Shown one piece after another: positions 41,215 through 51,618 of a stretch of DNA of 64,000 bases. The position numbers and the translations under genes are program-made. Numbering within the stretch: the first letter of the stretch is position 1; each line of letters starts with the position of its first letter. The notes beneath the pieces were generated by a model, which saw only the letters and a program-made list of their open reading frames with translations, had not been told where the DNA came from and ran no database searches. Source of the stretch: Saprospiraceae bacterium (lineage in GTDB: Bacteria > Bacteroidota > Bacteroidia > Chitinophagales > Saprospiraceae); NCBI GenBank assembly GCA_027080725.1, contig JALWRC010000095.1, positions 7,415 to 71,414 on the forward strand, given 5' to 3'.

Positions 41215-41478
41215 ACGTGTCACAGGGGATTGCTAATGTCCTGTAGTGGAGGCATATGTGTAAGTAGTGTTGTGGAACTATAAAAATTAAGGGTTTACCC
41301 TTAATTTTTACTTTTTATATTGAAATATTTCATAATATGTATATTCTGTTATTAAAATTGATTATATATTTGTGAAATCTTTGATACATTATTGAAGGTC
41401 ACCCCAAGCAGTAAACAAGAATAGTCGCGGAATTATCAGCTGATGCCGGAAGATGCATTTTGCTTGAATCCGGATGGA

Positions 41479-41655
41479 ATGTGTATTTAGTGCTTGCCAG
41501 AAAACTGTCAAATTTCATAAAATGAAAGATTTTGGATGAGCTTTTTCATTTTTCGAGACGAAGTGATGCCGGGGTATCAGTGAGTTGAGAAGAATATAAA
41601 GATCGCCAAAAGATACATTTCTAATTTTGAAGAGTTTTCTTGCAAGCACTATTTA
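41479..41655 (+). repeat. 177-bp dispersed repeat, copy 2
   Basis: See copy 1 at 20039-20215. Confidence 0.85.
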
Positions 41656-41942
41656 ATGCGGAGTTAACTGCGGGTTGATGATGTATTGATGTGCCATTTT
41701 ATTTGGGGCCATGCGAATACTTTTCTGGTGTAAGCGCTTTATTTAATAACAAGGAGCTTGATTCAATAGTAAGGGGCCTTGGTCGTAAGGTGTTGTCTCC
41801 TTTCTCTGTCGCCCGCGGGTAAAGTTGGTGCTTGGTATTTTATCTCATGCCAAGGTTTACCCGTTTACTTCTGAGAATGCGTGCTACGTCTCCGCCCATT
41901 GGTGTTTTTGCGTTTGGACTAAGCTCGTCAAAGGTCATTTTT

Positions 41943-44516
41943 ATGAAGAAAACTCAAACTACTTTCACCATCCTCCTTCTGACTTGGATAATGATTGTTG
42001 TCTCTTTCGCATCCGAACCGGAGCTCTCCTTTAGATTGGAGTGCCCGGGCAATGTGACGGTCTCCTGTATGGATGAGCTTTGGGATTTGTCCATCTATGG
42101 GCATGCCTATATATGGGAGCATTATGTAAAGCGAGATGCAGGACCGCCAACCCGTGTAGAACGGGATTTGAATTCCTGCGGTGTCGGGGAAATTCGACGC
42201 ATATGGGAGGTCGAAGACCCCAATTGGAATATCGTCACCTGTACCCAAACCATCACGGTCGGTGCTAGAGGGGGCTTTGGCGAGAAGGACATTATTTGGC
42301 CGGAGTCGTTTGATACTTCGGGGTGTACCCTGGACCTCGATCCGTACAAGCTTCCCAAGAAGTACTCGATTCCCAGATTTAAGCGGGTAGCGTGCTCTAA
42401 GCCCGGATATTCCTATAAGGACAGAGTGTTCACCGTGAATGGCAGCTGCAAAAAGATTATGCGTACCTGGGAAGTCGTGGATTGTTGCAATTGGAATCCG
42501 GATGACCCATGGGGGAAAGGGTATTGGAAGCACTATCAGATCATTAAATTGATTCAGAAAGATTCTCCGACCATTACCAACTGCCCGAAGAAAATCGAGG
42601 TAGAGGCAAAGACCTGTGATGGCGCTTTTGTCGATCTAGATACGGTCGTAGCGATAGATAAGTGCGGCAATAAGCTAAAGGTGTGGCACAATTCGCCCTA
42701 TGCAGATACGAGTAGAGGTCCGGATGCGACAGGTACCTATCCCATTGGCACGACCAAATTCTACTACATCATCAAATACTCCTGCGGACGTACCATAAAA
42801 TGTCCTGTCGAAATCACCGTTAAGAACAACTTGCAGCCGCGGGTCTATTGCCGCAGTGGTGTAATTACCACCCTTATGGGTATGGATACGGACGGAGACG
42901 GAGTAAACGACGAGGGAATGGCTGAGATTTGGGCAAAGGATTTGGATCGGGGAAGCACACCCAAATGTGGTGGGAAGCGACTTTGGTTCTCCTTCTCCAG
43001 CGACACCTCCGATATGTCACGTATTTTTACCTGTGATAATGTCGGTGAGAACGAAGTGCATGTATGGGTGACAGATGAGTTTGGCAACCAAACCTACTGT
43101 GTCACCAAAGTGATTATTCAGAACAATGCCTCGAATATCAAAGATTGTATGCCGGATTCATTGCGACCCAAGATTAATCACCTGGCTGGTATTATTGCCA
43201 CTTCTAAAGGGGAGCCTATAGAAGAAGCACATGTCACATTAACTGATTCGGAAAAGCGCCTGGTGGTACATACGACTTGGGATACTTCCATAGTGGAAAC
43301 AAGAGATACTTTTATCGGTAAATCCGGTAATCAATATGTCCGGATCCATAAAGACACCACCATCACAGCTACCCAAGACAGGAGTTATGAGGCGGTAGTG
43401 TATCGTGTTTCTTCCAATTCAGCCGGGACGTATGCTTACGATAGTATCCCCAAAGGGAGGTCTTATCGCTTGGCTGTATCCATGGGGGGACAGGCCGGTG
43501 ACGGGGTCAATACCCATGATTTGTTCCGTTTGATGAACCACCTTAACGGATTTGCACCCTTCCAATCTGCCTATTCCTATATCGCAGCGGATCTGGATGA
43601 GAATGGGATAGTCGATCAGAAGGATTATTCCATATTGCTTTCCAGTCTTATGCCATTTGGTCGAAAAACAGACCCCTTCCGCGCATGGAAATTTATCGAC
43701 AAACATAAGGAGATAGACCTTAGTAAAACACTGGATTACAATCATCTTGAAAATTGTGTCTTTGGTCCGCTTGATGCAGACCATACCGATATGGATTTCG
43801 TAGCCATAAAACTCGGAGATATCGACCGGGCAGGAAGCGGTCAACCTTGGCTTCGACAAGAGTCTCTAACGGTTATGCGATGGGGTGATGCCGTTATAAC
43901 GAAGGATGACAAAGTGCTTATCCCGGTATTTTTGGATAAAAAAGGACAAACTTCGGGGATGGTCAACCTCGAGTGGCCGGAGCACTGGAGGGGGTATACC
44001 ACACTTGTTGATGGCACCGCAATGGTTTCCTCACAATCAGATGACGCTACGGGCTATAGGACGATAGTGTGGGTAGATCCCTTTGTACACCCGAGTGGAG
44101 TTCCACTCTTTTACATCCGTCTCAATACCTCAGAGGAGGCTCTCCAATCCTTACGCTCTGTCCGGATAGTTGATGGACAGGATGCTTATTGTATGGATAA
44201 GGATGGTGTGTCCACCCGGTTGGATCTGAGGTTTGCAGATGAGAAGATTTCTGGTCTTTCCTCCGACAGGCCAACTGTAGGCCCCAATCCATTTGTCCAT
44301 TCCTTTCATGTTCGTTTTTCGCATGAAATGGTGGACCATTCGTGCAAGGTTGAAGTCTATGATGTCGTAGGAAAAATAGTGATGACATGGGCAGGCATGG
44401 CAAGGGTAGAAGGGAAAGTATTCCATCTTCCTTCCGGCACAAAGGGCAATGTCTTTATTTGCAAAATACAATCCGGAGCACGTACTTATAGCACAAAGTT
44501 GGTTAGATTGAAATAG
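41943..44516 (+). CDS. T9SS-secreted surface protein, shorter paralog of 30111..35009
   Basis: ORF trimmed to MKKTQTTFTILLLTWIMIVVSFA. Collinear matches to the large paralog include YCRSGVITT.M, W.KDLD.GS, and dockerin-like DLDENGIVDQKDYSILLSSLM. It ends in a type-A CTD (GPNPFVHSF...VYDVVGKIV). Confidence 0.75.
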   Translation: MKKTQTTFTILLLTWIMIVVSFASEPELSFRLECPGNVTVSCMDELWDLSIYGHAYIWEHYVKRDAGPPTRVERDLNSCGVGEIRRIWEVEDPNWNIVTCTQTITVGARGGFGEKDIIWPESFDTSGCTLDLDPYKLPKKYSIPRFKRVACSKPGYSYKDRVFTVNGSCKKIMRTWEVVDCCNWNPDDPWGKGYWKHYQIIKLIQKDSPTITNCPKKIEVEAKTCDGAFVDLDTVVAIDKCGNKLKVWHNSPYADTSRGPDATGTYPIGTTKFYYIIKYSCGRTIKCPVEITVKNNLQPRVYCRSGVITTLMGMDTDGDGVNDEGMAEIWAKDLDRGSTPKCGGKRLWFSFSSDTSDMSRIFTCDNVGENEVHVWVTDEFGNQTYCVTKVIIQNNASNIKDCMPDSLRPKINHLAGIIATSKGEPIEEAHVTLTDSEKRLVVHTTWDTSIVETRDTFIGKSGNQYVRIHKDTTITATQDRSYEAVVYRVSSNSAGTYAYDSIPKGRSYRLAVSMGGQAGDGVNTHDLFRLMNHLNGFAPFQSAYSYIAADLDENGIVDQKDYSILLSSLMPFGRKTDPFRAWKFIDKHKEIDLSKTLDYNHLENCVFGPLDADHTDMDFVAIKLGDIDRAGSGQPWLRQESLTVMRWGDAVITKDDKVLIPVFLDKKGQTSGMVNLEWPEHWRGYTTLVDGTAMVSSQSDDATGYRTIVWVDPFVHPSGVPLFYIRLNTSEEALQSLRSVRIVDGQDAYCMDKDGVSTRLDLRFADEKISGLSSDRPTVGPNPFVHSFHVRFSHEMVDHSCKVEVYDVVGKIVMTWAGMARVEGKVFHLPSGTKGNVFICKIQSGARTYSTKLVRLK

Positions 44517-44541
44517 TCGAACACAAGCCTTAAACCGATAG

Positions 44542-44577
44542 CGGGGAGTATCATGTGGATACTTCCCGTTTTTTTTT
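44542..44577 (+). terminator. Intrinsic terminator
   Basis: CGGGGAGTATC-atgtg-GATACTTCCCG followed by T9. Confidence 0.8.
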
Positions 44578-44653
44578 GTTAATAGCGGTGATAATTCTGC
44601 AATTTATTCTTTTAAAAAAGAAACCATACAGCAGGTTGAATAAGAAAAACATT

Positions 44654-44661
44654 TACCTTTA
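44654..44661 (+). promoter_or_regulatory. -7-like box TAccTTTA of the rhamnose operon
   Basis: One mismatch to TAnnTTTG. It abuts the operator at 44661-44676. Confidence 0.4.
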
Positions 44662-44676
44662 CGCAATCGTTTGCAT
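44661..44676. promoter_or_regulatory. LacI-family-type operator ACGCAATCGTTTGCAT
   Basis: A 14/16 match to the perfect palindrome at 57068-57083. It fits the TGnAAnCGnTTnCA consensus and lies 25 bp upstream of ATG 44701. Confidence 0.65.
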
Positions 44677-44700
44677 AAATAGCTAATTTCGATTCAACAG

Positions 44701-46800
44701 ATGACTCATATGTACAGATTAAAATATATGGACAACAAGTGGAACCCGGACGAAATCCTGGCTTCCGGCAATGTAGATGTCGCACAATTGGTGTATCGTT
44801 CGAACCTCCTGGGGGCAGATTTGAGAATCACTAATTTTGGTGGTGGTAATACCAGCTGCAAAACCATTAAAAATGATCCCTTGACCGGAGACCCGGTAGA
44901 GGTGTTGTATGTCAAGGGCTCAGGAGGGGATTTGGGCACTATCCGGAGGGAGGGATTCGCCGCTTTGTACATGGATCGATTGAATCATATGCGCGAGATG
45001 TACAAAGGCCTCGAGTTTGAAGACGAAATGGTGGATTTGTACAAGCGGTGCCTGTTTGATTTGGAGAGCAGGGCGCCTTCCATTGATACGGCATTGCATG
45101 CGTTTTTACCCTTCCGGCACATAGACCATTTGCATCCGGATGCGGTCATTGCGATTGCGGCTACCAAGGACAGCAAAAGACTGACTCAAGAGATTTGGGG
45201 AGAGGATATGGGGTGGTTGCCCTGGCAACGGCCGGGATTCGATTTGGGTATCCAACTCGCTGAGTTGGTAGAGAAGCATCCCAATCTGAAAGGAATTATT
45301 TTGGAAGGGCATGGCCTTTTTACCTGGGGAGATACCGCAGAGAGTTGCTATTTCAACAGTCTGGAAGCCATTGACCGGGCCACGGATTACCTGGAGCAGC
45401 ATTTCAAAAAGCAAAATCCATTTGGACAGTCTATTATAGAATCTATCGCACCGGAAAAACGTAGGCGTCAAGCTGCTAAAATTGCTCCACTTCTTCGAGG
45501 CTATTGTTCCTCGGAAAACCGCATGGTGGGACATTTTACAGATGCCCCGGAGGTGTTGGAGTTTATCCAAAGTGACCGGTTGGATGACCTGGCACCATTA
45601 GGGACCTCCTGCCCGGATCATTTTCTCAGGACAAAGATAAAACCTCTTGTCCTCCGGCTTTCCCCTGAGGCCGATTTGGAGGCCGAGACCGAAATTCACA
45701 ATTACTTAGACGAGGCCTTTCAAGGGTACAGAGCATCTTACAAAGAATACTACGATTCTCAAAAGCGAGTGACAAGTCCCCCGATGCGGGACCCCAATCC
45801 GGTGGTGATCTTATATCCCGGAGTAGGGATGTTTACCTTTGCCAAAAACAAACAGACGGCGCGCGTGGCATCCGAATTCTATATCAATGCCATTAACGTA
45901 ATGAAAGGGGCTGAGGCAGTTTCCCGATACGTCGCCCTTCCACTTCAGGAGGCTTTTGATATAGAATATTGGCTCTTGGAAGAGGCGAAATTAAAGCGGC
46001 AACCTCCTGAAAAAGCCCTGTCCCGCCGTGTGGCTATCGTCACCGGTGCCGGAGGGGGGATCGGTAAGGCCATAGCACATGAGCTGATCCGGCAAGGGGC
46101 GGTTGTGGTCTTCTCGGATAGGGACGAAGCACGATTAAAAGAGGCGACAGAAGGACTTTCCAAAGACCTCTATCGCATCTTCGTTTCTGATATGACGGAC
46201 GCAACGAGCTTGCAATCCCTCATCGATTTCACCTCACTGCATTTTGGAGGGGTGGATATCGTGGTGAACAGCGCGGGGTTGGCCATTTCAAAAAAGCTCG
46301 AAGATACCCTGGCAGAAGACTGGGATACGCTGCAAAACGTGTTAGTTAAAGGGCAATTTTTATTGGCTAAAGGGACGGCAAAAGTCATGCGCCAACAAGG
46401 TCAGGGTGGGGATTTTATCTCTATCGTAAGTAAAAATGCCTTGGTCTCCGGCCCGAATAATATCGGGTATGGCACGGCTAAGGCCGCACAATTGCATATG
46501 TCCAGATTATTGGCTGCCGAACTCGGACCGGACAAAATCCGGGTCAATGTCGTCAACCCCGATGCGGTCATCGTGGGAAGTAAGATATGGGAAGGCAAAT
46601 GGGCAGAAGGGCGCGCAAAAGCCTACGGAGTAGCTGTCGAAGATTTGCCGGCATTCTATGCCAAACGAACGCTCCTCAATGAGATTATCTTACCGGAGGA
46701 TATAGCAGCCGCAGTCAGCGCTTTTTTGATACAATTGAAGAAGAGTACAGGGAATATCATCAATGTGGATGGGGGTGTGTCTCCGGCATTTCCGCGATGA
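44701..46800 (+). CDS. Bifunctional rhamnulose-1-phosphate aldolase / lactaldehyde (short-chain) dehydrogenase (RhaEW/YuxG-like)
   Basis: It has an N-terminal class II aldolase/adducin domain and a C-terminal SDR domain (VTGAGGGIGKA, YGTAKAA). It is 699 aa and sits in a rhamnose gene context. Confidence 0.8.
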   Translation: MTHMYRLKYMDNKWNPDEILASGNVDVAQLVYRSNLLGADLRITNFGGGNTSCKTIKNDPLTGDPVEVLYVKGSGGDLGTIRREGFAALYMDRLNHMREMYKGLEFEDEMVDLYKRCLFDLESRAPSIDTALHAFLPFRHIDHLHPDAVIAIAATKDSKRLTQEIWGEDMGWLPWQRPGFDLGIQLAELVEKHPNLKGIILEGHGLFTWGDTAESCYFNSLEAIDRATDYLEQHFKKQNPFGQSIIESIAPEKRRRQAAKIAPLLRGYCSSENRMVGHFTDAPEVLEFIQSDRLDDLAPLGTSCPDHFLRTKIKPLVLRLSPEADLEAETEIHNYLDEAFQGYRASYKEYYDSQKRVTSPPMRDPNPVVILYPGVGMFTFAKNKQTARVASEFYINAINVMKGAEAVSRYVALPLQEAFDIEYWLLEEAKLKRQPPEKALSRRVAIVTGAGGGIGKAIAHELIRQGAVVVFSDRDEARLKEATEGLSKDLYRIFVSDMTDATSLQSLIDFTSLHFGGVDIVVNSAGLAISKKLEDTLAEDWDTLQNVLVKGQFLLAKGTAKVMRQQGQGGDFISIVSKNALVSGPNNIGYGTAKAAQLHMSRLLAAELGPDKIRVNVVNPDAVIVGSKIWEGKWAEGRAKAYGVAVEDLPAFYAKRTLLNEIILPEDIAAAVSAFLIQLKKSTGNIINVDGGVSPAFPR

Positions 46801-46897
46801 TATTACCGTTTGGGTTATAAAAGAGGTGCAGGTGGAAGTATAAATGCTTTTTGAAACTCCGGTACCAATCAACGGATAAATGCCAAATTAGTGTATT

Positions 46898-48181
46898 ATG
46901 AAGATTACAAAGGACCAAATAGATTCTCTGAATGCCGGTCGTATGAAGAGACATTCCGTACAGTATTCGTACTGCAAAGAGCAATGTGAAGCAGCCGGGA
47001 TAGACATGGAATGGGTTACAGATCAGGTGGCCGCATTTGAAGTGGCGATTCCGAGTTGGGCACTTGGTGCCGGAGGGACACGCTTTGGCCGTTTTCAGTA
47101 CGGTGGAGAGCCCGGCAATCTTTACCAAAAAATAGAAGATATCGGCGTGCTTCATGCCTTGTCCGGTTCCGCCGGAGAAGTGTCTCTGCACATCCCTTGG
47201 GATATTCCGGAGGATACCAATCGCATTCTCCGGCACGCCGACCAATGCGGTATTGGCTTTAACGCCATGAACTCAAATACCTTTCAAGACCAACCGGGGC
47301 AGTCACTCAGTTACAAATACGGATCTCTATGTCATGTCGATGCCGGTGTGCGCCGGTTGGCGGTCCAACACAACAAAGAGGTGATCGATTACGGTGTCCA
47401 ATTGGGGTCCAAATCCCTGACCGTGTGGTTGGCGGACGGGAGCAACTTTCCCGGCCAGCTCAATTTTAGACGGGCATTGCAGAATACCCTCCAAAGTCTC
47501 CGGGAGATATACGACCATCTGCCGGCGGATTGGAGTATGTTTATCGAGTACAAGCCCTACGAACCCAATTTTTATTCCATGGTCATCCCCGATTGGGGGA
47601 CCTCACATTTTCTCGCCAATCGGCTGGGAGAGCAAGCCTACTCGCTGGTGGACTTAGGGCATCACCTTCCCAATACCAACATCGAGCAGATTGTCGCGAC
47701 CCTAATGATGACCGGAAAACTTGGAGGATTCCATTTCAATGATAGCAAATACGGAGATGATGACCTGACGGTGGGGAGCATAAAACCCTACCAGTTGTTT
47801 TTGATATTCAATGAACTGGTCTATGGGTTTAATCACAACGAATCAAACAATCCGGTTCCGGCCTGGATGATTGATGCCAGTCACAATGTCAAGGATCCGT
47901 TGGAAGACCTGCTACAATCTTTGCACGCCATTGAAACCGCTTACGCCAAGGCCCTGCTGGTCGATCAAGTTGCCTTGGAGGATGCTCAAAGTAAAAACGA
48001 TGTTGTAGCAGCCGAAAGGGTGTTGCACGAGGCATTCCAGCAGGATGTGCGCCCCATTCTGGCAGAAGCCAGAAAGCGAAGAGGCGCGGCTATGGCCCCG
48101 GTTGAAGCGTTTCGCGCACTGGATGTGCGCAATCAATTGATCAGGGAACGTGGATCTCAACAGACCGCCACCGGACTATAA
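46898..48181 (+). CDS. rhaI: L-rhamnose isomerase (about 430-aa RhaI subtype, TIM-barrel sugar isomerase)
   Basis: The size, the sequence (FEVAIPSWALGAGGTRFGRF..., HLPNTNIEQIV) and the gene context all fit. Confidence 0.8.
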   Translation: MKITKDQIDSLNAGRMKRHSVQYSYCKEQCEAAGIDMEWVTDQVAAFEVAIPSWALGAGGTRFGRFQYGGEPGNLYQKIEDIGVLHALSGSAGEVSLHIPWDIPEDTNRILRHADQCGIGFNAMNSNTFQDQPGQSLSYKYGSLCHVDAGVRRLAVQHNKEVIDYGVQLGSKSLTVWLADGSNFPGQLNFRRALQNTLQSLREIYDHLPADWSMFIEYKPYEPNFYSMVIPDWGTSHFLANRLGEQAYSLVDLGHHLPNTNIEQIVATLMMTGKLGGFHFNDSKYGDDDLTVGSIKPYQLFLIFNELVYGFNHNESNNPVPAWMIDASHNVKDPLEDLLQSLHAIETAYAKALLVDQVALEDAQSKNDVVAAERVLHEAFQQDVRPILAEARKRRGAAMAPVEAFRALDVRNQLIRERGSQQTATGL

Positions 48182-48200
48182 TAGATAGAAGTGTTGCTCC

Positions 48201-49535
48201 ATGTATACCCTCATCTTTGATATCGGAAAGACCAATAAAAAGTGTTTTGTCTTTGATGAACAGTTGGAGGTGGTATATAGTGATGCGATCACCTTCGCAG
48301 AGATAGAAGACGATGACGGGTTCCCTTGTGATGATTTGGAAGCGCTGACGTGTTGGGTTAGAACCCAATTTGCAGCCTTGACAGACCGGTATCCCATACA
48401 AAACATCAATTTCTCTACTTACGGAGCGTCCTTCGTACACATCGGGGCAGAGGACAAGCCGCTGCTCCCTCTTTTTAATTATCTAAAACCCTTACCGGAG
48501 GAAGTGGAGCGTGCTTTCCTTCAGAATTATGGGAGTATGATGCGATTTTCCCTCGAGACAGCTTCACCGTATTTAGGTATGCTCAACTCCGGGTTGCAGC
48601 TCTATTGGTTGAAGCATACCTATCTTGAAGTTTATAAGAAGATGAAGTACAGCCTCCATTTTCCACAGTATTTGAGCTTTTTGTTCTCCGGGCAAGCCTG
48701 TTCGGATTACACGAGTTTGGGGTGTCATACCGGGTTGTGGACATTTCATACCGGACAATATGCCGGCTGGGTGTCAAAGGAAGGGCTGGATAAAATACTC
48801 GCCCCCGTACGGCCTACCACCGACGTGCTGTCATCCGGGAGGTATGCCATTGGCACAGGAATCCACGATAGCTCCGCAGCGCTTGTGCCTTACCTGGTTG
48901 GCTCTGAGGGGCGGTTTGTATTGTTGTCAACGGGGACGTGGAGCATCGCTCTTAATCCATTCAATGAAGCGCCTTTGTCTGAAGAGGACTTGCTTCATGA
49001 CACCCTCCTTTTTATGGATATTTACGGGCGCCCTGTCAAGGCTTCCCGCCTTTTTCTGGGCAAGGAACACGATGAACAGGTTGCCCGGCTCACCCGTCGT
49101 TTTAAGGTCCGGGGGGAGGCATACAAATCGGTATCGTTTGATTTAGGATTTTATATGAAATGGCGGAGTAGGGGAGTGATGCCCACTTTCGAGTACCTCA
49201 ATGGAGGTCCGGACGGCTCAGACGACTATAAAAAGTGCAGTACCTTTGAAGAGGCATATCATCTGTTGATGTATGGACTGGTGCGGGTGCAGTTGGAGGC
49301 TCTAAGTCGCTGTATTGGGGATACCAAGGAGATAACCCGTATTTTTGTGGATGGAGGATTTGCCAACAACGCGCTATTTGTGCGGATGCTGGCCTTGGAG
49401 TTGCAGCCGATTGAAGTGATTACTTCGCAATTGGCCGGAGGGTCTGCATTAGGGGCGGCACTCGTGATGGATACCTCCCGCTTCGATAATGTACGATTTC
49501 ATACCAACTTAAATCTAAAGAAAATACCGGTTTGA
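48201..49535 (+). CDS. FGGY-family carbohydrate kinase, probable rhamnulokinase
   Basis: FGGY N- and C-terminal domains (FDIGKTNKK, GIHDSSAAL, STGTW, VDGGFANN). It lies between rhaI and lutA. Confidence 0.7.
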   Translation: MYTLIFDIGKTNKKCFVFDEQLEVVYSDAITFAEIEDDDGFPCDDLEALTCWVRTQFAALTDRYPIQNINFSTYGASFVHIGAEDKPLLPLFNYLKPLPEEVERAFLQNYGSMMRFSLETASPYLGMLNSGLQLYWLKHTYLEVYKKMKYSLHFPQYLSFLFSGQACSDYTSLGCHTGLWTFHTGQYAGWVSKEGLDKILAPVRPTTDVLSSGRYAIGTGIHDSSAALVPYLVGSEGRFVLLSTGTWSIALNPFNEAPLSEEDLLHDTLLFMDIYGRPVKASRLFLGKEHDEQVARLTRRFKVRGEAYKSVSFDLGFYMKWRSRGVMPTFEYLNGGPDGSDDYKKCSTFEEAYHLLMYGLVRVQLEALSRCIGDTKEITRIFVDGGFANNALFVRMLALELQPIEVITSQLAGGSALGAALVMDTSRFDNVRFHTNLNLKKIPV

Positions 49536-50278
49536 AAATAAAGTTGGCCATACCTTGTTTTATTCAGCAGTTTTATCCGCAGGTTGCAAGGGATGTCTGT
49601 GCCCTGCTGGATGAGTTGGAGGTGTCCTGCCTGGTTCCCGGGGGGCAGACTTGTTGTGGACAACCCCTGGCCAATGGCGGGTTTGAGGCCGAGGCACAGG
49701 GAGCATACCGGCATTTTGTGAATGGCTTTGGGGATGCCGATATGACGCTGTTTATTTCGGGGAGCTGTACGTATCATGTCCGCAGCCATTATGATACGAT
49801 CGAGCAAACAGATGCCGTGGTGCACCTTAGGAAACACATTCGGGATGTGACGGAATTTATCTTCACGGAGCATAGTCATCACTTGCCGAATGTGTCTTTT
49901 CCACATAAGGTGAGCCTCCACACGGGCTGTCATAGTTTACGAGGCTTGGGCATGGGCCGTCCTTCGGAGTCCAATCCACCCGGACAATCTTTTGGGTTGC
50001 CCGTCCTCAACCGGGTCCGTGATATGGAGATTATTCCATTGGAACGCCCCGATGAGTGTTGTGGTTTTGGCGGAACCTTTGCGGTCAATTTTCCCGAACT
50101 CTCTGTACGGATGGGGATGGATAAATTGGTAGATGCGATAGATAAAGGAGTGGAGGTGATTTTGAGCAATGACATGTCCTGCTTGATGCATCTCGACGGC
50201 ATCATTGCCAAGCGGGGATTGCCTTTGCGCACGATGCACGTTCTTCAGGTCTTTAACCGTTCAAATCGCGTGCTATGA
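49532..50278 (+). CDS. lutA: Lactate utilization protein A (Fe-S oxidoreductase, CCG domains)
   Basis: Two cysteine-rich CCG-type motifs (CCGQP, CCGFGG). The TTG start overlaps the kinase stop. Confidence 0.8.
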   Translation: MKIKLAIPCFIQQFYPQVARDVCALLDELEVSCLVPGGQTCCGQPLANGGFEAEAQGAYRHFVNGFGDADMTLFISGSCTYHVRSHYDTIEQTDAVVHLRKHIRDVTEFIFTEHSHHLPNVSFPHKVSLHTGCHSLRGLGMGRPSESNPPGQSFGLPVLNRVRDMEIIPLERPDECCGFGGTFAVNFPELSVRMGMDKLVDAIDKGVEVILSNDMSCLMHLDGIIAKRGLPLRTMHVLQVFNRSNRVL

Positions 50279-51618
50279 GTTCTACTTTCCATGACAAATC
50301 CAATGCATTTTTAAAGGAGGAATCTCGTTCCAACTGGCATGATAAAGCCTTGTGGTATGTTCGCGAAAAACGGGATAATGCGATGAGTGATGTGCCGGAT
50401 TGGGAGAAGCTGAGAACGGCTGCATCCCGGATAAAAGCCCACACTTTGACCCATTTGGACGCCTATTTGCTCGACTTCGAAGCGGCGGCAGCGGCCAATG
50501 GAGTGCGAGTGCATTGGGCAAAAGATGCCACGGAACACAATAGGGCCATCTACGAGATTTTGAAGGGACATGAAGTCACAAAGGTCGTCAAAAGCAAATC
50601 AATGCTGACGGAAGAATGTGGATTGAATCCCTATTTGGAGGCACGAGGTGTCGAGGTAATCGATACGGATTTAGGAGAGCGCATTATCCAGCTAAAAGGA
50701 GAGCCACCGAGCCATATTGTCTTACCGGCCATTCATATCACTAAAGAAGAGGTTTCCGAGATTTTTCATTCGGCTTGGGGGACCCAACAGGGCAATTCAG
50801 ATCCGAAATATCTAACGCTGGCGGCGCGAGCATCGTTGCGGGAGGATTTTATGACCTCCGGAGCTGCGATTACAGGGGTCAATTTTGCCATCGCGGAGAC
50901 CGGAGAAGTGGTGGTATGCACCAATGAAGGCAATGCTGACCTCGGTACACATATCCATCCATTGCAAATTCACTCGATGGGCATCGAAAAACTCATTCCG
51001 CGAAGGACAGACCTCGGTGTTTTTACACGCTTGCTGGCCAGAAGTGCCACCGGGCAGCCCATTACGGTGTACACCTCCCATTTCCAAAGGCCCAAACCCG
51101 GAGGAGAGATGCATATTGTTATCGTGGACAATGGTCGCAGTCGCCGCTTGGGAGAGGAGACATTTTGGTCTTCATTGAAGTGCATTCGCTGTGGTGCCTG
51201 TATCAATACCTGCCCCATTTACCGTCGTTCGGGAGGGCACAGTTACGGGCATACTATCCCCGGCCCGATCGGGTCGATTTTGGCACCTGATACGGACCTC
51301 CGGCGTTATTCCCAGCTCCCTTTTGCTTCTACTTTGTGCGGATCTTGTAGCGAAGTGTGCCCGGTGCAGATCGACATCCACAACCAACTTTACCGTTGGC
51401 GCCAGGTGGCTGTAGGACAAGGGCAGGTATCCGGCTTGAAATCCCGGATGATGCGCATCGCTGGCAAAATATTGGCCAATCCTCGTTGGTATCGTCGCGT
51501 CATGTCGATGATGAGATGGGGTATGAAATGGTTGCCCGCCAGTTGGTTGCACCACCGTTGGAATGCCTGGGCGAAAGGGCGAAGTATGCCACAAATCAAG
51601 AACAAAAACGATGAGTGA
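50275..51618 (+). CDS. lutB: Lactate utilization protein B (4Fe-4S, LUD domain)
   Basis: CIRCGACINTCP and CGSCSEVCP ferredoxin motifs plus a LUD domain. Confidence 0.85.
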   Translation: MSSTFHDKSNAFLKEESRSNWHDKALWYVREKRDNAMSDVPDWEKLRTAASRIKAHTLTHLDAYLLDFEAAAAANGVRVHWAKDATEHNRAIYEILKGHEVTKVVKSKSMLTEECGLNPYLEARGVEVIDTDLGERIIQLKGEPPSHIVLPAIHITKEEVSEIFHSAWGTQQGNSDPKYLTLAARASLREDFMTSGAAITGVNFAIAETGEVVVCTNEGNADLGTHIHPLQIHSMGIEKLIPRRTDLGVFTRLLARSATGQPITVYTSHFQRPKPGGEMHIVIVDNGRSRRLGEETFWSSLKCIRCGACINTCPIYRRSGGHSYGHTIPGPIGSILAPDTDLRRYSQLPFASTLCGSCSEVCPVQIDIHNQLYRWRQVAVGQGQVSGLKSRMMRIAGKILANPRWYRRVMSMMRWGMKWLPASWLHHRWNAWAKGRSMPQIKNKNDE

